Part shown: in pieces, positions 38,205 through 52,431 of the stretch
Position numbering within the stretch: position 1 is the first letter of the stretch
How the letters are laid out: each line of letters opens with the position of its first letter
Assembly: GCA_030141605.1 (NCBI GenBank)
Contig: JAQGDQ010000702.1
Coordinates: forward strand, 1-64,000
DNA from: Tubiluchus corallicola
Lineage: Eukaryota; Animalia; Priapulida
DNA length: 64,000 nucleotides
Direction: 5' to 3'
Made by a program: the position numbers and the translations under genes
Notes under the pieces: model-generated
Databases searched by the model: none
What the model was told of the DNA's origin: nothing
What the model saw: the letters and a program-made list of their open reading frames with translations, nothing else

Positions 38205-38876
38205 CATCTAACTTACAGTTCACGGACTTCTTCAGCTGTAAGTTAGAAATACAATAATAAAAATTACTTACACGTTTTTAATTGCAAGATCTTCTATTTT
38301 AGTATTTTAGTAGGAAAAGCTGTCTATCTCCTTTCTTCTTCACTTCTCTCTCTCTTTCTATCTCTTTGTCTCTTTCTCTCACTTTCTCTTCTCTCCTTCT
38401 CTACCTCCCTGCTGCCTCCCTGTCCTCTCTCTTTGCCACTGTCCCCGTCTCTGTCTCGCTTTTATTCAGATGCAATAAAGTAGATAATATAAAAAGAATG
38501 CGTTTCATAGAAATAGCTGATGCAAATTATGCACGTAATATTAAGCTCCAATCTTCAATTATTATTTTCAACCTGATAAAAATTTAATAATGGCTTTTAC
38601 TAACCTGATCAGAGATAGTTTTATACTAAGTATTAGTTAATTTAGGCCCACTCGAGTATACAAAAATAAATTATGTAGGTGTGTAAAGTTAATTTGTGTG
38701 TATAATACTTGTGAATCATTTGAAATTAAATCTAATTTAAGTATAATATGTTATTCGTTGTACATAGTGTGAAACTGGAAATATTTAAAAGATTTGTTAT
38801 ATGAAAATGTAAATTGTTGATCTGAGCTTGCAAAAAGAGGCACCTTTTTGTATGCGCGTTCATTTCTTTAATAAAG

Positions 38877-39085
<209 letters not shown>

Positions 39086-39304
39086 TATCTGTCTCGCTTC
39101 TCTGTCCCTCCTAAGTACTCAGTGCTGGGCGTACCCATATACAAAGATCAACATAAGAAGAGAGTCACTGGTTAAAGTTAATTTTTAGGTTAACTTTTTA
39201 GGTTACAGTTCATTTTATAGTTCAAGATAAAACAAATAACCAGCCAGTATAAACCGTCTAAGTAATTTCTGACGTCTTTTTTATCCATTAACGTTAGCTT
39301 AGAG

Positions 39305-39790
39305 CAGTGGTTCTTAACATGGGTTAGATCGAACCCTAGGGGTTCGGTGAGTCGATCTCAGGGGTTCAGCAAAGCCTCCGCCGCGGAGGTCCGGACTCAC
39401 TTGAATTATCGTCTAAATTCGTGTTACAACATATCTTTGTGAGCAATCCTTTTCGAGGAAGCTGGACATAAAAACGAAGAAAAGGGACAGACTTTGCTGT
39501 GAAAATAACATGAGAGTGGCACTTGCCAAGGTGAAGCCACGCATATCTGAACTGGTCTCTCAAAGGCAACAGCAGAAGTCACACTGATTTGCAGGTATGT
39601 AATTTGTTGTGAGTTTATGCATTGTGTTGGTTTTGTTCTTTGAACGGCTCATTTTGTGTACCAGTAAAAAACGTATCTATGTCTTGAATTTGAAAAAAAT
39701 CACATTTTATTTTTCACTAAAGAGGGGTTCGGTGAATGCGCATATGAAACTGCTGGGGTTCGGTACCTCCAACAAGGTTAAGAACCACTG
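39305..39790 (+). mobile_element. hAT (Buster/Charlie group) internal-deletion derivative / MITE
   Basis: TIR CAGTGGTTCTTAAC / GTTAAGAACCACTG; perfect 8-bp TSD GCTTAGAG (39297-39304, 39791-39798); transposase C-terminal remnant TTYLCEQSFSRKLDIKTKKRDRLCCENNMRVALAKVKPRISELVSQRQQQKSH*. Confidence 0.93.
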
Positions 39791-40356
39791 GCTTAGAGTT
39801 TTTATGTCGGAGTTTCCACTATTTTTGGTTAGAAATTTTGCTTGCGAAAATGTGACATCGGGAAACATCTAGTTACTGTCTTTCCTCAAACTAAAATGAA
39901 ACTAAACAATATTTTGATTTCTGTCACGAAGATGGCAGCACAGATCGATGTCAATGCTCGTCACAGCCGAATGGCGTAACAGTGTCTAGTTTTTCTGTTG
40001 GATTACTGCTGCGTTTACCTGTCTGAAGGCAGATTTCTTTTATTTTAGAATTCTGCCTGCCCAATGTCTACAATAGACATGACGGGCGTATGATGATGAT
40101 GTTGACTATGATGAGTATAGTGATGGCAAGGATCCGATGGCCAATGTATAGCCTGTCTCACGTTTTTAGATTTTTAGCAAAGTCAATAGAAAGCTTGTTC
40201 ATTGCTTAAAAAGTTATAAAGTATAACGTACGATCACGAGGCGTTTCGTACGTGCCCTTTACAATCGTGGTAATTAAATAATTAAATATATTTGTGGGTA
40301 ACTGTCTCACGTGGGTATTTGAATTTAACACCAATGCGCCTCACTTAAAATGTACG

Positions 40357-40700
<344 letters not shown>

Positions 40701-41334
40701 GCTAGTGAGTTCATTCATTCTTAGATTACTATCTCTCTCGGAGATTGCAGCTTATGTTGCCCTGCATATAGAGGATAATTATAAGATTCACATTCGTCAG
40801 TACCGCCTAATTAGCATCATCAGTATAAAGCTGCTTTGAAGTCCTACTAAATGAGCATTTGCTACTTTTCTTTTGAACTACTTTTTTCTGTTGTTACAGG
40901 ACATCAATGCGGCTTTAAGGCACCCAAGTGAGGTTAGGTAAATAATATTAGGTGGCATAGGAACAATACGATAACTAATAAAGTAATGTATACCAACAAT
41001 TTCAGATCATAAGACCTTTAAAGGGCAGCCTTATTCTGTGCACAAAATCAATACCGGTGTTCCACAAGGTTCCCTACAGAAACGTCAATGAAAGTTGAGT
41101 GATTCGGAGCTTCAATGTCTAAACTATGATCCTATTTTGAATTTTTTCTGTGTGACCTTGAATGTCAAGGCCTTCAGCTACATTTAGGACGCTCACTTAC
41201 TTGACAAGTTGTAATATCGTACAGTAGGTCTACCCTGCAATTCCTTGCTCATTGAAGATTTGTTGCTACATTAAACGTCTTTTCCAGTTCTCTAAAGGAA
41301 AATGCTTATCCGACTTACCTACCTCATGAGAAAT

Positions 41335-41630
41335 CTACCTTTTTTGTGCCTACCTAACTACCTACCTACCTACGTACCTGCCTACCCACTTACCTACCTA
41401 CCTACTTATCTGCCTAAACACCTACCTGCCTGCCTACCTACCCATCTATCTGCCTACCTACCTCCCTACCTACCTACCTACCTACCTGCCTGCCTACCTA
41501 CCTACCTACCTACCTACCTACCTACCTACCTACCTACCTACCTACCTACCTACCTACCTGCCTACATACATACCTACCTACCTACTTACCTACCTACATA
41601 TCTACCTACCTACTCACCCAACTACCTACT
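41335..41630. repeat. Degenerate (CCTA)n microsatellite
   Basis: Direct reading. Confidence 0.9.
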
Positions 41631-42119
41631 TAAATACATAAATAAATAAATAAACAAATAAAAATGAGTAAATAAATAAATACCCTTAGCCAATATTAAG
41701 AAGGATAAATATACACAGATAGGTTGGTAGGTAACTTATTTATTTATTTATTTATTTATGTTTCATTGGGTAATCCATCTATACTGTCTTAGAGCTCAAA
41801 ATGAAGAGATTTTTAGATCAGCTGTGTATATTTATTGTTAGCAAGTTTTCTGATTTGCAAAGGTAAAGGATTTCGTTGGGTGGTGTTAGCAAAATAAACA
41901 GAGAAATTTTTAATCCCATGTACATAGGTAAAGAAACTAGTTGGAGTTGAAAAAAGCTTTTCAGTGCAGTGAAACGATTAAAATGATTAATCATAACTAA
42001 TTTCATTGCTGCAGTGTTACTGATAACAGCCGGTCTTGCCACAGTTTTAATATATTTTATTCACAGGTTTGTGTAATTTGCATTTAATATTTAGGTCCAT
42101 ATTATCATTTGTTACACTT

Positions 42120-42161
42120 TCTTTCTTTTCTTTTCTTTCTCTCTCTCTGTCTCTTTCTCAA

Positions 42162-42212
<51 letters not shown>

Positions 42213-42258
42213 CTCTCTCTTTCTCTCTCTTTCGCTTTCTCTCTCTTCTTGTCTTTCT

Positions 42259-42302
<44 letters not shown>

Positions 42303-42494
42303 CGCACGCACGTGCACACACAAACACGCACGCACGCACGTACGAACACACACAAACACGCATGCACACACACACACAAACACACACCCACACACGCGCG
42401 TACACACACAAACACGCATACACACGCACACACACACACACAAACACGCACGCACACACACAAACACGCACGCACACTGACTGACTGACTGACT

Positions 42495-42545
<51 letters not shown>

Positions 42546-43180
42546 TGACTGACTGATTGACTGACTGACTGACTGACTGACTGACTGACTGACTGACTGA
42601 CTGACTGACTGACTGACTGACTGACTGACTGACTGACTGACTGACTGACTGACTGACTGACTGACTGACTGACTGACTGACTGACTGACTGACTGACTGA
42701 CTGACTGACTGACTGACTGACTGACTGACTGACTGACTGACTGACTGACTGACTGACTGACTGGCCGATTGCAATTTTTAATGCCTAAGCCTATACTATA
42801 CCATACTGTACCATACTATACCATACTATACCATACTATACCATAGCATACCATACTATACCATACTATACCATACTATACTATACTATACTATACTATA
42901 CTATACTATACTATACTATACTATACTATACTATACTATACTATACTATACTATACTACACTACACTATACTATACTATACTATACCATACTATACCATA
43001 CTATACTATACTATACCATACCGTACCATACCATAACATACCATACTATACTATACCATACTATACCATACTCTACTCTACTCTACTCTACTCTACTCTA
43101 CTCTACTCTACTCTACTCTACTCTACTCTACTCTACTCTACTCTACTCTACTCTACTCTACTCTACTCTACTATACTACA
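42120..43180. repeat. Microsatellite cluster (TC)n-(CA)n-(GACT)n-(TATAC)n-(CTCTA)n
   Basis: Direct reading. Confidence 0.97.
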
Positions 43181-43689
43181 TATTTATAATTCGCGAGAGG
43201 GCCACGGCGTCCCGTAACGGGCGTTTTCCCGGACCCAACTCGCGATTTTTTCGAAATTTTGACCAAACAGCCTGCGGAAAAAACGTTCTAGCGGCGCCTG
43301 GTGGGACTCTCGGAAGGAACTAAATAGCTCTTTAGAAAGAGGAAGAACGGGGCTACACGATGATGTGGGCGATATTTTAAGACACGTCAACTGAGAGGAG
43401 TGATGGCGAGTTAATTAGATGTTCTATTTTCGGCAAGTTTCGCTTAGAAAACTGCTGATGCAAAGCCATTGTTCTGACGTCATCCATTATACTCTGTAAC
43501 CTTATAACTTTAATTCAGTAAAAGCTGCTGCTGCTGGCTTTGCGTTATAAATGAGGACTATGTAGTTGTTCGCGTATTTTTGATTATACGTGTATTTATG
43601 CGCAAAACTTTTTGCGGGGCCTTTGCTAGTCATAAATAATGCATATACGCATATATATTGACATGTTTCAGACCTTCGAAAGGACTTTA

Positions 43690-44193
43690 GTTTATCTAAT
43701 TACAAACTTTCAGATGATGCGCACGCAAGCGCTGAACTATCACTACATACAGTGCAACACAAATGTTAGAAAATTTTCTATTAAATACAATGGCCCTTAC
43801 ATATGGAATTCAATTGCTCCAGCTATTAAAAATGCCAGCTCGCTGTCCATATTTAAAAAAAAATTATAAAGTAAACTTACTTGAAACATGTAACTGATCA
43901 CTCAATCATGATTTGTTGTTTTTCATTTTATAAACTTCCCCTCTTGTATAATAATATTTTTATTACTTCCACCCATATATATATATATATCTGTATATAT
44001 TGTAATATTGTATCTGTATATATTGTAATTTTTTCGTAACTAATCTAGTAGCCTACAATAAGCTAGCTTCTTAGGTCTCTAGCGCAGAATTCATGAATTG
44101 TATCATATATTTGTATTAACAAAAACTGATTATCGATGCACATGTAATGCATATGTATATGTTTATTGCGAAATAAATCTATTAAATCTAAAA
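43690..44193 (+). mobile_element. 5'-truncated CR1/L2-group LINE 3' end, copy 2
   Basis: ORF 43639-43869 ends NYHYIQCNTNVRKFSIKYNGPYIWNSIAPAIKNASSLSIFKKKL; 3' UTR matches 36843-37269; 5' boundary approximate. Confidence 0.8.
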
Positions 44194-44395
44194 TCGAAAA
44201 TGGATAAATTATATAACAACTGGATTTTTCATTCTTGCTGGTGTTTGTAATTTCTGCCATCTTCGTTTGATGTTGAAACGTCAGTTGTGAAATAAATCAT
44301 GTCTCATGTTCAAGTGGGTGATAGTGACTTGTTTTCTCGATATGAACTAAAACAATTTTTGTGTGTTTAAAATAACTAACTAGTTACTGTACCAA

Positions 44396-44690
44396 TCTTC
44401 TTCTTTTTCTTCTTCAATGAATCACACGCCCAGTGTCATGATTCTGTTCACCTCCCTATGCCAGGACTCCCTGCTCACCGCAAGGCCCCACGTGGATTTA
44501 TTTCTAATGATCAATGCTGAAGTGTTTAAGTCTTTCTGTGCAAAATCTAAATATGTTAACGTTTGTCCTCTTGCGTGTTTTTAGCTGGTTCTATGGCTTG
44601 TTGAAGAGCTATCTTCACTGGAATATCATCAGGTAGTCTAAGCATATGCCCAATCCATCTTAAACGGCGCCTTTTTATCGCATCACCTTG
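44396..44690 (-). mobile_element. Decayed RTE-clade LINE 3' fragment
   Basis: AIKRRRLRWIGHMLRLPDDIPVKIALQ matches the RTE 'RLRW.GH..R' motif; (GAA)-like tail at ~44396-44416. Confidence 0.7.
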
Positions 44691-44950
44691 AAACGTCACG
44701 CGTAAAACTCGCTGTGACGTCACAGAATTAACAGAATCACCCATGGAAACAGTTACTAACAGTAATAATGATCATTGGTTATATAAACACCACTCTTTAC
44801 CCAAAATGTGTCCTGTCAATATAATCCATAGTTGGCCTATTCGATTTCAACGATTTTTATTTTAGAAACCAATAGTGGAACTACCTTTCCGTAGACAATT
44901 GTGAATAATTATCATCCAGTTACCAGTTTTTGTGAGGTTTAAACAGAAAA

Positions 44951-45623
44951 ATGACCAATTGCTTACGTACGACTTTCGCATGTGTGTTCTTTATAACTGT
45001 TCGATCTTCAGCCAACAATTCAACACCAGTTGAAATTCAAATGGGATTTGTGAATTTCTTGGACCTCGAAGATCGTTCATTTTATGGCATCGAAAAAGTC
45101 GGGCCCGCAGTAGACATAGCCATTGAAGACATGGCTAGATTGTACAACATCAACTACGTCAAAACAACATTCTCTTGGAATGGCAGTTGCGATGAAGAAA
45201 AGGCCATGGGTGGAGTGTCTCAACTCATTTACAAGAACCATGTAGACGTGCTGATTGGTCCAGCTTGTTCATTTGATATTATGACAGCAGCTCGATTGGC
45301 TACGTATAACAAGATACCTATGCTAACAGGTTTCGGCAATCTGGTAAAGAATAGTCACATCTATCCCACGTTGACTCGCCTGTCATACAGCGTTGAAAGT
45401 GACTTGTCAAATTTTTTTATTTTGTTCCTTGATCATTTCAAATGGTATCACGTAGCCTTGATATATGACAAGAGCAACGTTTACACAAAATTTCTTGCTA
45501 CTTATTGGAAAGAGGCCATTAATGAAGACAAAAGATTTGCAAGAGCTTATGACATCTACTACTCAGAAGACAGAACTAACAATTGGGAACAAATGTTACA
45601 AAGAGCCAGCGAACATGCAAGAG
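44951..45623 (+). CDS. Natriuretic-peptide-receptor-like protein (probable receptor guanylyl cyclase), coding exon 1: signal peptide and start of ANF-receptor ligand-binding domain
   Basis: MTNCLRTTFACVFFITVRSSA signal; GPAVDIAIE, VDVLIGPACS, AARLATYNKIPMLT, YPTLTRL, FLDHFKWYHVALIYD motifs; donor AGA G|gtaggt. Confidence 0.9.
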
Positions 45624-46057
45624 GTAGGTATTTTATACTGTGGGCATTGCACATCGGATGACCAATCTCGAATGCTTCATCATGATCAGTTAATTCTTTC
45701 TGCAGTGCACTACATTCATCACTATCAAACAACTTTCGTACGAAGTATATAACAACTTTACATTAGTCATTGTTAAACAATAGATGTGTTTAGTCTATTG
45801 CGTGCTAATGGAATCGAACAACAGCAGAAACAACCTATATATCATGTGTATGTTGCAAAAGTTGCAATGTTAAAATTTTTCTGTGTTCATTATATATGGT
45901 CTTTAAAGTGTTTAACACTTAAATGTACATATACTTTTGTTGAATGTGTGAATAATTTTATTTGCGCTGATTTAGTGTACCAGTTTAGCAAATATACAAC
46001 TACCAAAGCAGCAACACCGAGTTTGGTATATTACTGGCTCTGAAAGGTCACGTGTCT

Positions 46058-46122
46058 CTGTGAAGTAATAGTTAGAATACCTGCCCAGAAAGTGAGCCTT
46101 AGGTTCGAATCCTAGTAGAATG
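46058..46122 (+). mobile_element. Degenerate tRNA-derived SINE head
   Basis: Perfect B box GGTTCGAATCC at 46102-46112 with a decayed A-box-like GTGAAGTAATAGTTAG ~40 nt upstream; no cloverleaf. Confidence 0.4.
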
Positions 46123-46614
46123 CAAAAAAATTCAGATTTTCTAATTTAATCGCCAATTGCCTTCGTGTGTTTACACGATTAATCTTGTACTACGATTCCC
46201 TCTTGGCAGACCTCTAATAGCTTATAGTGCAAATTTAAGAATGTGAAGTCAAGTGCCTCTATGTGACCTAAAGATCAGCATAACTAAGTTACAAGGAGCA
46301 CAGGCGCCCGTACGGAGTTGCAAATAGAACGTAATACATAGGGAATTTCACAAAAGTACACGCCAAAGCAAGGCCAATTGGAATTTCACAAAGTCACATC
46401 GAAAACCGAAAATTTGAGGCTCATTGCAGATTTTAAGGCTCTAAACTGCAGCTTGTGTACAATCTTGCTCTGATTATCCAAGCAGATGATAAATCAGCAA
46501 AAGTATCGAACTCGTTTACCTTTGCCCCGTTCGTTGTGAAGGTATAAGAATTCTCGGTAATAACTGACCCATAATGTCGTATCTTATGCCAAATGAGTAT
46601 TTACGAATTTTCAG

Positions 46615-46758
46615 TGATTTGCTTATTGGGTTTGTCGGATGACGTCAGAAGGCTGTTGCTACACGCGCATGCGCTTGATATGACAAACGGTGATTACGTA
46701 TTCATCGCTACCGGACGGTTTCAAGAAGATTATCTAGGAAAGTCTCCATGGTGGAGAG
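46615..46758 (+). CDS. NPR-like receptor, coding exon 2
   Basis: ttttcag|TG ATT...AGA G|gtaaaa, 144 nt phase 1-1; VICLLGLSDDVRRLLLHAHALDMTNGDYVFIATGRFQEDYLGKSPWWR. Confidence 0.9.
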
Positions 46759-47111
46759 GTAAAATTTGACGTTGTTGGGTTTTTTCATAAATTAAGCGTT
46801 TTAAAAATGAAAAATTAGGCCTGCTAAAACAGCCCACCAATAGCTTTTATAGGTATGTTAGCACTGAAAATAAATAAAAGCTATTAAAAACTAATATTTT
46901 AGTTGATGACACCAGCAGGCGTCATAACAATGCTATTGTAAATTTATTGGTAAGTCGTTACATACATTGTAAAGTCTAAGAAGTTAATCCAAGAGTGAGT
47001 TGTAACAACCTAGTGAGACACGATACTCAATAGATTTTACCTGCTTACTCACAGTCATTCTCAGCAGTGCAGGACAAACAGCTTTCAATTCGAATAAATG
47101 TCATTAATTGT

Positions 47112-48342
<1,231 letters not shown>

Positions 48343-48435
48343 ATGTAGAATAGCGTCAAAACGTTGATGGGTTGTAGCAATCTTCATGATTCTCGACAAT
48401 TTGTAATTGCATGGTTTAACAGTTTAATAAATTAG

Positions 48436-48584
48436 GTGATGAAAATGACATAGCAGCAAGAAAAGCTTATGAATCACTGATGGTGATCACACTGGCTGGT
48501 AATTCTGGACCAAAGTGGGATGCTTTCACGGTGGAGGTCAAAGAAAGGTCACTTAGAGACTACAATTACGCCTGGAAGGAACAC
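48436..48584 (+). CDS. NPR-like receptor, coding exon 3
   Basis: aattag|GT GAT...CAC|gtatgt; GDENDIAARKAYESLMVITLAGNSGPKWDAFTVEVKERSLRDYNYAWKEH. Confidence 0.88.
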
Positions 48585-48767
48585 GTATGTTTTTGCAGTT
48601 TTAATGCAGACCTCGTTAATTAACTTTGCTTTTCTGAGAGTTGCCATGGTCATAATCGTAAAGAAGTAAAATGCAAAAAATCTCAAAAAATTCAAAAAAA
48701 GTTCAGAAGAAAAAATAATTTTTTTAGATCTTTGGGCATCTCAACTTCTTTTACGATTAAGACTAGT

Positions 48768-49169
48768 TGTTGTTGTTGTTGTTGCTGTTGTTGTTGTTGA
48801 CATCCTTCTGTCTCGGAAGACAATGGAGTGTGCGCCAAGAGAGTCAGTTATTGATCACATTGATGGAGCTGCTGCGTCGACTGTGGCTGAGCAGTCCGAT
48901 CCTTGAACGTCTCCAGGGCGAACGCCTGGGCAAGGTGTATGGAGATCCTGAGTTGCCCGGACAACAGGAACCCCCTCTCTTCCTCCCTGGTGTAGTCCAA
49001 AGGAAAGCGGAGCGATACGTTTGGCACCAGGTTGGCTGCTGGAGCTGCAGGAGTCAGTGAGCATGCTGCACTGGTCCGCCTTCGGAGCTCCACTCCCGAT
49101 TTGGAAGGTTTACTATTCTACACATGGGTCACTTGACCTCCTCCGCCCTCTAGCCGGTGGCTGCATGTG
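48768..49169 (-). mobile_element. Non-autonomous RTE-derived element (5' UTR joined to 3' end) with TSD
   Basis: Perfect 14-bp TSD CGATTAAGACTAGT (48754-48767, 49170-49183); GC-rich body; RTE-like 3' end CACTCCATTGTCTTCCGAGACAGAAGGATGTC followed by a (CAA)n tail on the minus strand. Confidence 0.8.
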
Positions 49170-49314
49170 CGATTAAGACTAGTAATAACTTAAATGTACA
49201 GTTTCTCAAGCTGGACAAGAAGTGGACAATAACAATAATAATGAAGTAATAAATTGCAAGTCAAGATGAACCTGAAGAACAAAATTTAAAAGGAAAGTAT
49301 TGAAATATTTATAG

Positions 49315-49447
49315 GTTAACTATGTGGTTGGTTGTTTCTACGATGCGGTTTTGATGCATGCTCTCTCAGTAAGACTTCTACTAGATGAAGGAGAGCAACT
49401 AGAAGGATTAGCTGTTGCACAAAAATTGTGGAATTCCACTTTCACCG
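49315..49447 (+). CDS. NPR-like receptor, coding exon 4
   Basis: tttatag|GTT AAC...ACC G|gtaact; VNYVVGCFYDAVLMHALSVRLLLDEGEQLEGLAVAQKLWNSTFT (family motifs FYDAV and WN.TF.G). Confidence 0.9.
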
Positions 49448-50855
49448 GTAACTGTCTTTGCTTTAAATTTTGAACTTTCATTTAAAAGGAAAATCAGAAG
49501 CTGTTATTCTGTTATTTTATCATTACGCTTAACATAATTTGATTAAAGACTATTGCATATCTTTGTTTCATTATATTTTGTTTGAGTTTATCATGCATAT
49601 TTTGTTTCGTTCACTGATTTATTATTTATGTTTTATTTATTTTTTTTGGTTTGACTTTTCTCTAGTTTGTTTTATGTTTTAATCGGTTAGTTAAACGCTT
49701 TACATATTTTGTTAATCATCATTTCATATTTTTCATTTTATTTCTTTGTTGCGTAGCTTTTTTAGTTATTTCGCTTTCATGTTTAATGTATTCCCCCATA
49801 AATTCATGTTAACAGCAGCACTAGAAATTTTTTACAAGTTACACTAACCTGAGAAGGGTAGCTGACTCGATGACCAATTGATGATTTCGCTACCCTTTCT
49901 CCTACACCCCCTTAACTCTTTACTTTATGCTTAATTTATCCTTTTTAATCAATAACTATAAAAATAGTCAATTTGTATACAGGTGTAAATGAGGAGATAA
50001 ATAAAAATGTCTCTGTGTCTCTATCTGCCAAGTGCTGCTACGTATCAAAGAGTGTCAATTTTAGGTCGCGTTTTTTTATTTAATGTTTTACTTGCATAAT
50101 TATAAAACTGGTTACAATCGTTATAAATTCAAAAATTGGGAAAATCTTCAAATTAGTGGATTCCATTTCAGATTCTATTTCTAAGGTAGCGGGTATGTAG
50201 TACAGAAATACGAATCTTATGTGCACTCGTGTTTACTCACACCGTCAGTGTTGTACGGCTGAAACAGCTAAACAACAAGTATATTAAAAACTTATCAGTC
50301 TACTACAGAGTGTCTAGACAACTTAACAAATTGCACCTATTTCTTCTACTTTTTTGTACAAAGAGATTTTTGTACTCAATCCCTTTCAAACTATCCCCAA
50401 AATTCTCCCCACTCACAATATGGAGAACGATTTAAATCTCTATTTTCTGATATATAAACATCGATTTTTTTCGTGCATTCCCTTTTACATATAAAAACAT
50501 CGAGTCTTTTGAGCAATTCTTTCATTCTGAATCACTCTTTTGAGCAATTCATTCAAATAAGAACTTTATCAAAACACTAAAACCAAACCAAAAAAGCTTT
50601 GAAACGTTTCCACGGTAGCAGCTGGCATTCATCATCAGTGAACTATTTGTACTATGAAGCCATGAAGGTTTACCAAGGCCTATTGGCTTCAGTAAGTGTA
50701 TGTATAATTGGAAGCTATTGATGAGATATAAATAAGTAAATACAGCAGCTATTTAGACAGAAAGTACAGTAGTATTACGAAAGCAAAACCTAATGTAAGG
50801 AAATTGATTTGCCACGAGGTGGGATTTACTATTGTACATTGACAAATTTCTTTAA

Positions 50856-51149
50856 CCCTTTCAGTCCCAAATTATTTTTTTAATACGAAAAAAATTTTTA
50901 GCTTGGTACTTTTCTTCAGTATGTCCATCCTGTTTACACATAATAATTATTTTTTTCTACCTTCATTCTAACTACCTGCGTACACAACATTCTTTGTCAT
51001 GTGCAAAAAAACAAAGTTCGACTTCTTTAAAAACACAACAAAAGCAAAAAATATGCTTCATTTTGCAACTGCTGATAATTTTTTTTTAAATATTTAACAC
51101 ATTTAGTAAGTGTGCTATGCTGATCCGTATAATCACGGGTATGAAAGGG
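50856..51149. mobile_element. piggyBac-type MITE, shorter inverted copy of 17411-17872
   Basis: TTAA|CCCTTTCAGTCCCAAATTATTTTTT...CGGGTATGAAAGGG|TTAA. Confidence 0.8.
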
Positions 51150-51329
51150 TTAATTGTTTGTTTGAGTGATCACAATGATTATATCCTAGTAACGTATAGC
51201 AGTATGTCAGCATATTCAGAGGCAGAGATTTGGTCATAAATACTACATTTTGCTACGACTAAATAATAACTAAACACTAGGTGGATTTTTACATTTCTGT
51301 CCAGTAAAAACCGGTTAAATTTTTTCCAG

Positions 51330-51563
51330 GAATATCTGGTGAGGTAGTAATAGACGATGAAGGTAGTCGAATTGCCGACTTTTCTTTACTTGATATGAAC
51401 GATATTGTCGACGGAACGTTTCGTGTTGTCGCAGAGTACTATGGCACTCGTCGAGTGTACCATCCGGCAACTCATAGCCATCCACACTGGCCTGCTGGCG
51501 CCCCTCCACTGGATGTGCCTCCTTGTGGGTTCAAGGGCACAAACCCTGAATGTCGCAAAAAAG
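51330..51563 (+). CDS. NPR-like receptor, coding exon 5 (end of ectodomain, juxtamembrane Cys pair)
   Basis: ttttccag|GA ATA...AAA G|gtgatt; GISGEVVIDDEGSRIADFSLLDM...HWPAGAPPLDVPPCGFKGTNPEC, the 'WP.G.PP.D.P.CGF' signature of NPR/receptor guanylyl cyclases. Confidence 0.92.
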
Positions 51564-51816
51564 GTGATTTTTTACTTTTTTTGCAGTGTATCATTAATAA
51601 CAATTTTTCATCATCTTCTTTTATTTAACAGAAGTTTCGCGCCACGCACATCATTCTCAATGTTAATGCTAATTAGTAACCCAAAAGTGTAACACTGTTA
51701 CTTTGTTTCAAAATGAACAGGCAGCTGTGCAGTGCCAGCTTCTTTATCACCGCCATTGCACTTTCTACTACAGAGCATCCTTGTCGTGAAATGTACAGCG
51801 TTTGTGATTTTTTCAG

Positions 51817-51898
51817 GATTCCCAATTGCTGGATTAATCATTGCTGGGATTTTTGTACTACTTAATCTGATCGCAATTGCAGCATTTCTTATATACAG
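51817..51898 (+). CDS. NPR-like receptor, coding exon 6 (transmembrane helix); remainder of gene not found in window
   Basis: ttttcag|GA TTC...TAC AG|gtgatc; GFPIAGLIIAGIFVLLNLIAIAAFLIYR. Confidence 0.88.
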
Positions 51899-52066
51899 GT
51901 GATCCGCTGTCTTCTGTTTTAGCTGTTTAATCCCTTTTTCTTTACACTTTAACCTCACTGCTTATCGTTTTTTATTGCTAAAATACTTTCTCAATCTCTT
52001 TGCTTTCCCTGTCGCTCTCTCTCTCCCTCTCTCCTTCTCTCCCTCTCTCCCTCTCTCCCTCTCTCC

Positions 52067-52151
<85 letters not shown>

Positions 52152-52431
52152 AATAGCAGTGGTGTGTGTACATCGTCTCTGTCTATTCGAGCTAATTTAA
52201 TATATTTATAGTGAGAGTTGTAAAGTGAAACTTATATCATATTCTGCATGAATAAAAAACGCATCCAGTTTAATGATTGGTTGAATTCTAAGAAAAACGA
52301 TTGTCAAGATATTTCTGAAAAACTAAAATTCTGCAATAATTCTTTTGTGAAGTTTTGCGTTACTTACCTGGTAAAACGGGTTTTCTTCCATGTATCAGTG
52401 TAGGGGTGATATCACGCCTAATTAACAGACA

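Noticed and set aside
43355-43462. Possible C/D-box snoRNA (TGATG...CTGA)
   Set aside because: C box imperfect, no terminal stem, no recognisable rRNA guide
46058-46122. tRNA gene
   Set aside because: Only the B box is intact; no acceptor or anticodon stems, so treated as a SINE relic
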